64,000 nt of DNA. Source: an uncultured Phycisphaerae bacterium (lineage in GTDB: Bacteria > Planctomycetota > Phycisphaerae > SM23-33). The stretch spans positions 2,475 through 66,474 of the forward strand of contig CAVXDC010000012.1 in NCBI GenBank assembly GCA_963760365.1, read 5' to 3'. The first letter of the stretch is position 1. Each line of letters starts with the position of its first letter. Both the position numbers and the translations under genes were made by a program. The notes below the pieces were generated by a model, which saw only the letters and a program-made list of their open reading frames with translations, did not search any database and was not told the DNA's origin. Below, piece after piece: positions 51,054-59,890 of this stretch.

Positions 51054-52281
51054 GAGCCACCTCCGCCGGACATCATGCTCGTCACGTCGAACAACGGCAG
51101 AAAGATGCTGATGGCGACGAACCCGACCATCAGGCCCATCAGGATCAGCAGGACCGGCTCAACGATGCTCGTCAGCGATTTCAGGGCCAGTTCGTTCTCG
51201 TCATCCAGGAAGTCGGCCAATTCCAGCAGCAGCGGCCCGACCTGCCCGCTCTGCTCGCCGCTGCGCATGGATTCGTAGACCGACGGGCTGATAAGGTTCG
51301 TCTCGCGGAAGGCTGAGCTGACGGGCTCCCCGTGGCCGACGGCCTGTTCGGCCTTGGCCAGGAGGGCGGCGTAGTGAACGTTGCTCGTAGCGCCGCGGGT
51401 GAGGGACAGGATGTCCTGGACAGGCAGATGGCTGTCGGTCAACAGGCCCAGGAGGCGCACGATCCGCGCCGTGGCGAAGTTCCTGAAGAGTTTGCCGACT
51501 TGGGGCAGGCGAATCGCCACCGTATCCACCGCCCGCCTTCCGGCCGAGGACTTGAAGTACTGCCGGGCCGCCACAGCCGCCGCGACGATCGCTCCCGCCA
51601 AAGCCCACCAGTACGTCCGAAGGCCTTCGCCGGCCGCGATAAGGGCGGCGGTGGTGGGCGGCAGCGGGGCGCCGATATTCGCGAACAGCTCGCCGAAACG
51701 CGGCACGACGAACAGCAACAGGGCGCCGAACACCGTCGTCGCCACGCAGCACAGCAGAATCGGATAGGTCATCGCCGCACGCACGGTACTCAAGACATGC
51801 ACGCGCTTGCGGGTCAGAACCGCCAGCCGGTCCAGTAAGGCCGTCAGCTTGCCGCTGCTCTCGCCCGCGGCGACCATCGCCCGGTACACCGAATCGAAGC
51901 ACTCCGGATGCGCCCCCAGGGCCTCCGACAGCGACAGACCGCGCTCCAGGCGAGTGGAGACGTCCTGGATCACCTGGTGCCACCAAGGGTCGCGCGCCTG
52001 GCGTTCCAGCGCCTGAAGACCCTGCGCCAGAGGCGTGCCCGATCGGATCAGCGAGTAGAGCTGCGCGTGAGCAAGGCCAGCTCTCGGAGCTGGCGGATGC
52101 GGCTGCGCGGAAGGTGCAGTCGCCACGTCTTGGCTGCCACCGCCCGCCCGGCCGGGGCGATGTCCGCGACAAACAGGTCCTGTTGGTGAAGCCGGTCCAT
52201 GGCCTCGCCCAGGCTGCCTGCCTCCACGACACTGCAGACCTCTCGACCCGTCTTGTCGAAGGCGCGAAACTCAAGCTTCAT
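51050..52281 (-). CDS. gspF: Type II secretion / type IV pilus platform protein GspF/PilC; a 1-bp frameshift near 52080
   Basis: N-terminal GspF domain (MKLEFRAFDKTGREVCSVVEAGSLGEAMDRLHQQDLFVADI) in one frame and the remainder (AQLYSLIRSGTPLAQGLQAL...three TM...second GspF repeat) in the adjacent frame. Confidence 0.85.
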
Positions 52282-52293
52282 GTCGTTGCCCCA

Positions 52294-54051
52294 TTAAGTG
52301 CTCGCCACCTGGACCTCCGGTCGCCTGGTGGCTGGCTGGTTCACTGAGCTCACCTCGCTATGCGTGGCGCTCAGTACCTCCTCCAGCGTCGTCTTGCCGG
52401 CCTCCGCCAGGACCAGCCCTTCCTCGCGCAGCGGCATCGCTCCTTGCCGGATCCACTCGCAGCGAAACTCCTGCGGCGGCACCCTCCTGTAAATCATGTT
52501 CCGCAGCTCCGGCGTGATCTCCATAACCTCGAAGATTCCCGCCCGGCTGTGGAAGCCGGTGTGCTGGCACTGCTCGCACCCGCTGCCCTTGCTGAAGGGT
52601 TTGTTGACCTGTCCGGTCAGGCCGGCGTCGCGCAGGACGACGGCGTCGGGGTAGTAAATTGTCGTGCAGTTGGGGCAGTTTAGCCGCACCAGCCGCTGCG
52701 CGACGACCCCGTTCAAGGCCCCAGAGAGCAGGTACGGCTCCACGCCCATATCCACCAGCCGGGCGACCGCGCCGGGGGCGTCGTTGGTGTGCAGCGTCGC
52801 CAGCACGAGGTGCCCCGTCAGGGCCGCGTGCACCGACACGCTGGCGGTCTCCTCGTCGCGGATTTCGCCGACCATGATGATGTCCGGGTCCTGCCGCAGG
52901 ATGCTCCGCAGGGCCCGCGCGAAGGTCATCCCGATGGCCTCCTGCACCTGGATCTGGTTGACCAGGTCCAGCTGATACTCCACGGGGTCCTCAACCGTGA
53001 CGATGTTGACCTCGGGGCTGCGCAGGGAGTCCAGGGCAGAGTAGAGCGTGGTGGTCTTGCCGCTGCCGGTCGGACCGGTCACCAGCACCATCCCGTAGGG
53101 CTCGCAGAGCATCCGCCGGAAACACTCCAGCGTCTCAGGGCGGAACCCCAGGTCCTCCATCCGGACCTTCAGGTTGGCCTTGTCCAGGATGCGGATGACG
53201 ACCTTCTCTCCCAGCAGCGTGGGCATGCTCGAGACGCGCAGGTCGATCTGTCGCCCCTCGGCCAGGATGCCCAGGCGCCCCTCCTGCGGCAGGCGCTTCT
53301 CGGCGATGTCCATCCTGGCCATGACCTTCACGCGCGAGACGATGGCTGCATGCATGTCCCCCGGCGGTTGCATCAGGTCGCGCAGCACCCCGTCGATGCG
53401 GTAGCGGACCCGCGTAGAGGCACTGTCCGGCTCGATGTGGATGTCGCTCGACCGGTCGCGGATGGCCTTGAGAAGGACCATGTTGACCAGGTTCACCACC
53501 GGGTTGCCCTCGCGAGGCTTGTCCAGGTCGATCACCGGACCTTCGTCGCTCTCGGCCGTGACCTCGGCTAGGTCTGACTCGGAGATGGAGGCAAGGACGC
53601 TCTCCATGTCCATCTTCATGGAGGCATGCTTCTTGATGAACTCGATGGTGTTGGCCTCCAGCGCCAGCACTGGGTGGATGTTGCAGTGGGTCAGCTGCCG
53701 CAGCCGGTCGATGTGGGGCAGGGACTGGGGTTCGGCCATCGCGACTGTCAGGGTGTCCCAGACCTTGAACATCGGTAGGGCCTTGAGCCGTAGGGCCTCC
53801 TCTTGGCCGATCAGCTCCAGCATCGCAGGGTCCGCCAGACCGGTGCGAAGCACGCAGCCGCGCACCCCCAGGTGCTTGGCTAGCACCTTGACGAGCTGCT
53901 CGTGGCTCAGCACCCCGCGAGAAACCAGCAGCTCACCCAGGAACTGCCCGGTGACCTTCTGCTCGGCCAGGGCCTGGTCGAGCTGTTCCTTGGACAGGAC
54001 ATTCTCCTGGACGAGGACATCACCGATCCGTATGGGTGCCGAAGCGGTCAT
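52294..54051 (-). CDS. gspE: Type II secretion / type IV pilus assembly ATPase GspE/PilB
   Basis: T2SSE_N domain, Walker A (GPTGSGKTT), Asp box, Walker B, His box and tetracysteine motif (CPNC...CEQC). Confidence 0.95.
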   Translation of the reverse strand: MTASAPIRIGDVLVQENVLSKEQLDQALAEQKVTGQFLGELLVSRGVLSHEQLVKVLAKHLGVRGCVLRTGLADPAMLELIGQEEALRLKALPMFKVWDTLTVAMAEPQSLPHIDRLRQLTHCNIHPVLALEANTIEFIKKHASMKMDMESVLASISESDLAEVTAESDEGPVIDLDKPREGNPVVNLVNMVLLKAIRDRSSDIHIEPDSASTRVRYRIDGVLRDLMQPPGDMHAAIVSRVKVMARMDIAEKRLPQEGRLGILAEGRQIDLRVSSMPTLLGEKVVIRILDKANLKVRMEDLGFRPETLECFRRMLCEPYGMVLVTGPTGSGKTTTLYSALDSLRSPEVNIVTVEDPVEYQLDLVNQIQVQEAIGMTFARALRSILRQDPDIIMVGEIRDEETASVSVHAALTGHLVLATLHTNDAPGAVARLVDMGVEPYLLSGALNGVVAQRLVRLNCPNCTTIYYPDAVVLRDAGLTGQVNKPFSKGSGCEQCQHTGFHSRAGIFEVMEITPELRNMIYRRVPPQEFRCEWIRQGAMPLREEGLVLAEAGKTTLEEVLSATHSEVSSVNQPATRRPEVQVAST

Positions 54052-54383
54052 TGGCAGCTCCCCACGGCCATATCCACGTCTTGGCAGTGCTCAAAAAGCG
54101 GCGCCAGTTCTGTCAACTCCAGGACTTCTGCAAGGGTTGCGTTGGCGCCGGCCAGCTTGAGCATGAGGCCCTGTTGGATCATCCGCTCGGCCGCCTCCGC
54201 GAGAACCTCCAGGCCGCGGCTATCGACAAACAGGATCCCCGATGCGTCCAAGACGATCCGGGGAGGGCTTTCGTCCATCGCCTTGGCCAGAACGGCCTTG
54301 AGCTCCTCGGCGTCGGCCGCAACCAGCAGACCGCGAGGCCGAAGAATAATCACATCGCCTTGTCGCGTGCTCTCGATTCTCAT
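54048..54383 (-). CDS. STAS-domain protein (anti-sigma factor antagonist, SpoIIAA-like), first gene of the secretion/pilus operon
   Basis: ILRPRGLLVAADAEELKAVL...LVLDASGILFVDSRGLEVL. The stop overlaps the gspE start. Confidence 0.75.
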   Translation of the reverse strand: MRIESTRQGDVIILRPRGLLVAADAEELKAVLAKAMDESPPRIVLDASGILFVDSRGLEVLAEAAERMIQQGLMLKLAGANATLAEVLELTELAPLFEHCQDVDMAVGSCQ

Positions 54384-54835
54384 GTCGTGCCGCGCCGGCC
54401 CCCAAGGCCGGCTTGTCCTGATGCCTCGTGTGACGGTTCCGAACGTACCGACAGCGTCGCCGTGTTCTCGAGGGACGAGCGCCGCGGGCGCCGCCGCAGC
54501 CCCGTCCGACGACGGCGACGGTTACACGGACATCGCGATTTCATCTAGAACCATCGGTCGGCCTTGACGCAACTTGAGGAGAAACATCGGCTTCTCGATC
54601 ACCTTCGAGCCGCCACACCTGCGCCCGGCCGTGGGCGCGCGGGCAACTGGCTGACCTTGGGGACCCGATCAACGGACGGCGGAAGGGCGACACCACGCAG
54701 GTACTCGGGAGCTACGCTGACCGGATCACGGCCTGGCCCTCCAAGAAGCGCCGCGAAATCGCCCTTAACTCGACGTGGTGGGGTCTCCAGGAACACAACG
54801 ACCGCCAGGAACGGCGGTCGTGTGCAAAGCTTATA

Positions 54836-54900
54836 GATGGGGTGGGATTCGAACGCATGACCCGCCGGTTATGAGCCGACTTAGCCAGCCATCCTGAACC
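54836..54900 (-). pseudogene. Partial tRNA-Met-like fragment (anticodon arm CAT plus T-loop and acceptor 3' strand; no matching 5' half)
   Basis: Reverse complement ...GTCGG-CTCATAA-CCGGC GGGTC ATGCG-TTCGAAT-CCCAC CCCATCT A. The T stem has mismatches and no complementary 5' acceptor strand could be found. Confidence 0.35.
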
Positions 54901-55173
54901 GCCGCCAGAACGCCTGCCCGATCCAGAAACGAACGAGGCCCTGGGCATCGAGCCTAGGACCTGCGTCCCGAGTAGCATAGCGGGGGCGCGCTCGCTACCG
55001 CTTCACCTGAGAGATGCCTTCTGGGAGAGATGGGGCACGGCGGCGTAAACCGGGGCAGATGTTGGGATAGTGCACCCAACGACGTCGCACCTACGACCAT
55101 CTACGGACCGACAACACGAGGCGTCTGTCCGAAGTTTGAACCGATCGCGCTAGCATTCGTTCAGGCCGCCGTT

Positions 55174-55560
55174 TCAGAACACGCCTGTTTGGAGCAAACC
55201 ATCCCCCGCCTCAAATGAACTGCGATACCAGGCCGGGTCGGCTGGAGCGGCCCATTCGAAGCCGGTGCCGGGCGTGCCGTCGTAGCTGATGTAGCGGCTG
55301 ATCTCTCGCCAGCCCAGCAGTTGCCTGGCTGCCCCCGCAGCCGCGGCGTCGCGCGGGGTCAGTGGCTTTCCGGTCCCCGCCTCCCAACCCTCGCGGAAGA
55401 AGGCCCACGCTGCATGACCGGCCTCGACCATGCCCAATGCGGACCCCAACTGCATGGCCGAACAACCAACTCGGCACATTTCCAGATCAAAGAAGCCCGT
55501 GAACCGCCCTTGCTGGACGTGCAGGTTGGCGACGTCCTGGTGGCACAAGATGCGAGGCTG
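55174..55560 (-). pseudogene. Phosphotransferase (APH/choline-kinase family) C-terminal fragment
   Basis: ILCHQDVANLHVQQGRFTGFFDLEMCRVGCSAMQLGSAL resembles the APH catalytic-loop region (LCHGDLHPGN...IDFE). The N-terminal lobe is absent and that space is occupied by the methyltransferase gene. Confidence 0.4.
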
Positions 55561-55619
55561 CGCCGGGCGCGGAGACGCCGCACGGCGAACGACTCCTTTC
55601 TCTCTCCGATGCCCATCCG

Positions 55620-56453
55620 TCAATCGCCGGCCAGGCGGGCCCAGATCGTGAGCCAGGGCGGGGCGTAGGCCTTGAAGTGGTCCCAACTGCCCGGCCGGGC
55701 ATCGAGGCTACCGGCATCTTGCTCCCACAGGCCCTGCACGACAAAGCCGCGCCGAATCAACCCATTGACCAGGGTTCCTAGCGTGTGGCGGAACTCGCGT
55801 GGCCCGTGGATGCGAACCGTAGGCAGGCTTTCTTGAGGCTTCTGTGATTCCTCGCTGCCTGGCTCGGGCCGGTCCCAGGGCGCCACATCCCAGAACGGCT
55901 GGGTGTCGATCTCTCGGCCTTCCACGTAAGGGTGGATGACCACGTAGCCCGCACCGTTCCAACTATCTTGGTCCAGGCCGTGGGCGAACGGATTCCAGCA
56001 GCTCATACGATATTGCCCACGGGGCCGCAGGACGCAGCGGACCTGGCCGAACACGACATCGGCGTCGGGTACGAAGTTCAGGGAATGGGCATGCCACACC
56101 ACGTCGAAGCTGCCCGGACCAAAACACGAAAGGTCGCGCATGTCTCCCTGGATGGTCCGAACGGTCTTTCCGTAGTGCTCAGCCGCCTGGCGGTCGCGAG
56201 CCAGCTGCGTGTCGCACAGGTCCAGGACCGTCACGTTGGCCCCCAACAGGGCAAAGGCAGCCGACTGCTGCCCGCCTCCGCCAGCCAGACACAGGACCTC
56301 CCGCCCCGCCGGGTCGTCCATCATGCCTTCAGGGTCCACAAGCTTGCGGGCGGAGGTGGCATCCAGGTTCAGGGCGGGGCGTGAGAATATGACACCTGCC
56401 TTCGCCAGTTCTTCCCACCGTTCCTTATTGAATCTTGCCAGGCCGTCCAACAT
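55620..56453 (-). CDS. Class I SAM-dependent methyltransferase
   Basis: Motif I region (VLCLAGGGGQQSAAFALLGANVTVLDL), post-I Asp, motif II (IQGDMRDL...FDVVW) and motif III (LRPRGQY). Confidence 0.7.
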   Translation of the reverse strand: MLDGLARFNKERWEELAKAGVIFSRPALNLDATSARKLVDPEGMMDDPAGREVLCLAGGGGQQSAAFALLGANVTVLDLCDTQLARDRQAAEHYGKTVRTIQGDMRDLSCFGPGSFDVVWHAHSLNFVPDADVVFGQVRCVLRPRGQYRMSCWNPFAHGLDQDSWNGAGYVVIHPYVEGREIDTQPFWDVAPWDRPEPGSEESQKPQESLPTVRIHGPREFRHTLGTLVNGLIRRGFVVQGLWEQDAGSLDARPGSWDHFKAYAPPWLTIWARLAGD

Positions 56454-56586
56454 GTGGCACCTTCGAACAACTTATCCTGGCCCTTGCGGAATTGCCCGTG
56501 TTTTCCGGGCGTTTCCTCTGGGGTACATATCCCGGCCGCGCCCCGCCGATGGGTTGGAGCCCCCCTGAGTCCATGTGAAACGGTCA

Positions 56587-56665
56587 CTAGCGGGGGTGGG
56601 ATTCGAACCCACGACCTCCGGGTCATCACCTCGACGAGCCAACAACGGCCGCCACTAGCCTCTGC
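56587..56665 (-). pseudogene. tRNA-like fragment (perfect T arm plus acceptor 3' strand; upstream part does not fold)
   Basis: Reverse complement ends ...GAGGTC GTGGG-TTCGAAT-CCCAC CCCCGCT A. Candidate 5' acceptors pair poorly and a full cloverleaf could not be built. Confidence 0.3.
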
Positions 56666-57025
56666 GTTTTCACCTTGGACACCGGCGGTATACTGGAACA
56701 TTCCCGTCCAACACCCGGTACCCGCTCAAACTATTCCCCCTAGCGGGTCAACACGGGCCATCTCGGACGATTCCCAGATAGACGTTCGGGAATACCAAGG
56801 ACTCATACGTTGGAGAGTTGGGTGAGGAAGTAACACGGCGATAAGGTCATCATCGCCCCCAGCCTGGATGCCTTGCCTTTACCCAAGGCCGCGAGCCTGG
56901 ACACACCAAGGCTGAGGAGGCTAAAGATGCCAGCAAGCCACATCTCTTAGTCGGTGTTGTGAAGCCTGAGGTTCGCAGAGACACCGATTACCAACGTCAG
57001 AAAATGTCGCGTCTACCCTGGGATA

Positions 57026-57400
57026 TCAGCATTTGTCTCGAGCCACATACCTTGTCAGGCACAGTTTCAACAGCAGCACCGCTGGCAGGCCGGTTTGTCG
57101 CCGGGCGAGGTTAAGCCGGCCGATCACGTTGTCGTCCAGTAGTACGCGGACAAGCTTGTCGGCCAGGACCTCACCCTGGAGCCCGAACTGCCGGAGTTCC
57201 TGAACCAGCCCGGCTAACTTGGCGTCCAAAGCTTCATCCACCACCCACCGGATCGCCTTGGCGTCGCGTTGGCCTCGCCACTTGACCGCCCGCCAAAGGG
57301 AAGTAGGTAAGCGGATCGTGCGGTGGAACAGGGGCAGGCGTTTGTCCTCGTCGCAACTGACGGTCTCACATGGTCTTGTGCTCATTTCTCGCACCTCCAA
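57026..57400 (-). CDS. Ribbon-helix-helix (CopG/Arc-like) DNA-binding protein, possibly an orphan antitoxin
   Basis: KRLPLFHRTIRLPTSLWRAVKWRGQRDAKAIRWVVDEALDAKL matches the RHH beta-alpha-alpha pattern (TIRLP..LW..VK......S....IR.VV.EAL). Confidence 0.4.
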   Translation of the reverse strand: MEVREMSTRPCETVSCDEDKRLPLFHRTIRLPTSLWRAVKWRGQRDAKAIRWVVDEALDAKLAGLVQELRQFGLQGEVLADKLVRVLLDDNVIGRLNLARRQTGLPAVLLLKLCLTRYVARDKC

Positions 57401-57546
57401 AACCAGGGAATCACGCGTTTAATTCTCTGTCAATATGTCCACAATTAATACCCCCCGGCCCTGAGCCTCGGAGAACGATCTGAAGCCCGCTGGTCTGTGC
57501 ACAGCAGATCGGCGGGCTTTTTCTTTGGGGTGGCGGAACAGGTGAC

Positions 57547-57969
57547 ATGGCGGAAGAGATCGAGAACGCGATTCGGCAGAACGCCGAGGGACCGGAGTCG
57601 GCCGAGGAGGACGGCGTTCGAATGAAGCAGCACCCGCTCCCCGACCAGATCGAGGCCGACAAGTACCTGGCCACCAAGGAAGCGGCGTCGCGCAATCCGG
57701 CCAAGGCGTTCACCCGCGTCAAGATCGTTCCGCCCGGCGCCGTTGAGGCGCCCGCGGTGAGCGGAGTTGAACCGCGGGACAAGAAGAATGGGACTTCCTT
57801 CGACAGGCTCAGGATGAATTGGCCCTGGATAAGGCGGAAGAAGGTGCAGGCCGCCGGCCAGTTGATGTTCGTACGCGCCCGGTTCTACGCCGCGCAGACC
57901 ACGCCGGACAACCGGAAGCACTGGTCGAACGCCGACCATCTCTCGAGCAACGCCAACCGCACCAGCTAG
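57547..57969 (+). CDS. Hypothetical protein (acidic N-terminus, basic C-terminus)
   Basis: Intact 140-aa ORF inside the putative island. No confident family assignment. Confidence 0.35.
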   Translation: MAEEIENAIRQNAEGPESAEEDGVRMKQHPLPDQIEADKYLATKEAASRNPAKAFTRVKIVPPGAVEAPAVSGVEPRDKKNGTSFDRLRMNWPWIRRKKVQAAGQLMFVRARFYAAQTTPDNRKHWSNADHLSSNANRTS

Positions 57970-58127
57970 GCCGAGTTCGCCCGCTGGGCAATGGTCAAGC
58001 TCATGAGGTGGCTGCCCGCGAAGCTCGACCCTGTGCGGTATGTGGTGTCGGAGGGGCAGCCGGACAGGCAGTCGGCTTAGTGAGATTCACAAGAGCCTTC
58101 GCCGGCCGGGACTTAAGGAAGTCAGCA

Positions 58128-58172
58128 ACCAGTTTTCAATACCGGCCCGATCGACCACTCCGGCACCCTACC
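58128..58172. repeat. Right copy of the 45-bp tRNA-Ser 5'-half direct repeat (putative attR)
   Basis: accagttttcaataccggcccgatcgaccactccggcaccctacc has three mismatches to 43122-43166. The flanking sequence is unrelated to tRNA-Ser. Confidence 0.7.
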
Positions 58173-58354
58173 CGCCGGTGCAATCCGGGGCATTTTCGAC
58201 CTCAGGGGGTGGGTTTTTCAGCGTTTTCGACCGGCTGGGGCGCTGTTAATCGCTGGTGGCAGCCGATGGGGGGCCTGCTCATGCCGACACCTTGGCCTCC
58301 TGGGAGTTCTGGAAATGCGCGGCTAGCTGCACTAAGCTCTGCGGCACGTTGCCT

Positions 58355-58394
58355 ATTTTGCCTTTTCGTTCATTTTGCTTTTCGTTGATTTTGC
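58355..58394. repeat. AT-rich tandem repeat (about 2.4 copies of attttgcYttttcgttS) immediately upstream of pgi
   Basis: attttgccttttcgttc attttgcttttcgttg attttgc, 25 bp before the pgi ATG. Possible UP element or regulator binding sites. Confidence 0.5.
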
Positions 58395-58419
58395 AAAAAG
58401 TCCGTGAAAGGGAAGTCGG

Positions 58420-59820
58420 ATGATCGAACTGTACTGGAAGAACGCCACCGACCGCGTCGTGCCCGCCACCCACGGCCTGACGGCCGAGGACCTGGAGAAC
58501 ATCGACGGGCCGATCCGCCGCGCCCACGCCAACGTCTTAGAGCAGGTCCGAAGCGGCAAGCTGGGCTACGCCGCCTTGCCCACGCACAGCGAATACCCCG
58601 CGGCCGTCAAGGCGATGGTCCAGCGCTACCGCTCCAACACCACCGACCTGATCGTCCTGGGCATCGGCGGCAGCGCCCTGGGCAACATCGCCCTCCAGGC
58701 GGCGCTGAATCCCGTTACCTACAACATGCTCTCCGATCGCAAGCGGCCCGGGCCGAGGCTGTTCGTGCTGGACAACGTCGATCCGGTGCTGGTGGCTGAG
58801 ACGCTGGGGCTGCTGGGCCGCCGCCTGGAGAGCACGCTGGTCAACGTGATTTCCAAGAGCGGCGAGACGGCCGAGACGGCCGCCCAGTTCATGATCGTCC
58901 GCGAAATGCTCCGCAAAAAACTGGGGGACAAATTCGCCCAGCGGATCGTGGCCACCACCGACGCCCACAAGGGCACGCTCCGAGACATCGCCACCGCCGA
59001 CGGCTACGCCACGCTTCCGGTGCCCCAGGACGTCGGTGGACGGTTTAGCGTGCTGTCGCCGGTGGGGCTGTTCTCGGCGGCCATGTGCGGCATCGACATC
59101 GATGCGCTGCTCGCGGGGGCGGCGGCCATGAGGCAGCGGGTGGAAAACGTGCGCTGGCGCGAGAACCCCGCCTGCATGTTGGCGGCCATCAAGTACATCG
59201 CCTACGCGGCCAAGGGCAAGACTATCCACGTGATGATGCCTTACTCCAACCGCCTTGTGGGCCTGGCCGACTGGTACCGCCAGCTCTGGGCGGAATCGCT
59301 GGGCAAAAAAACCGTCCGCGACGGCAGGGAGGTCTTCATCGGCCCCACGCCCGTCAAGGCGCTGGGTGCCACCGACCAGCACAGCCAGATTCAGCTCTAC
59401 CGCGAAGGCCCCAACGACAAGCTGGTTGTGTTCCTTGAGGTCCGCAAGCACCCGCGCGACCTTTCTGTACCGGACGTGTTCGCCCAGGCGGGAGGCTTGA
59501 GCTACCTTCGCAAAGCAAAGCTCTCCAAGCTCCTGATCGCCGAAAAGGCGGCCACGGAGTATGCCCTGGCCGAATCGGGCCGGCCCAGCGTCACGCTACG
59601 GTTCAACGCCGTCACGCCGCCGTCGGTGGGCGAGTTCCTCTATTTGTATGAGTTCGCCACCTCGCTGATGGCTGAATTACTTGGGGTCAACGCCTACGAT
59701 CAGCCGGCGGTGGAGCTGGGCAAGCAGGCGACGTTCGCCCTGCTGGGACGCGAAGGCTACGAGGACCTGGCCCGCCAAATCAAACCCTTCACCTCCCCGG
59801 ACCAGACCTACTCCGCCTGA
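58420..59820 (+). CDS. pgi: Glucose-6-phosphate isomerase
   Basis: LGIGGSALG, GGRFSVLSPVG and VKALGATDQHSQIQLYREG are conserved PGI motifs. Confidence 0.93.
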   Translation: MIELYWKNATDRVVPATHGLTAEDLENIDGPIRRAHANVLEQVRSGKLGYAALPTHSEYPAAVKAMVQRYRSNTTDLIVLGIGGSALGNIALQAALNPVTYNMLSDRKRPGPRLFVLDNVDPVLVAETLGLLGRRLESTLVNVISKSGETAETAAQFMIVREMLRKKLGDKFAQRIVATTDAHKGTLRDIATADGYATLPVPQDVGGRFSVLSPVGLFSAAMCGIDIDALLAGAAAMRQRVENVRWRENPACMLAAIKYIAYAAKGKTIHVMMPYSNRLVGLADWYRQLWAESLGKKTVRDGREVFIGPTPVKALGATDQHSQIQLYREGPNDKLVVFLEVRKHPRDLSVPDVFAQAGGLSYLRKAKLSKLLIAEKAATEYALAESGRPSVTLRFNAVTPPSVGEFLYLYEFATSLMAELLGVNAYDQPAVELGKQATFALLGREGYEDLARQIKPFTSPDQTYSA

Positions 59821-59890
59821 GCGAGCACCGCGGGAGCGAGCTTGGACCGTCCCTTGAGGTGGCCTATTTCTCAATGTAGCACTTTAAGTC

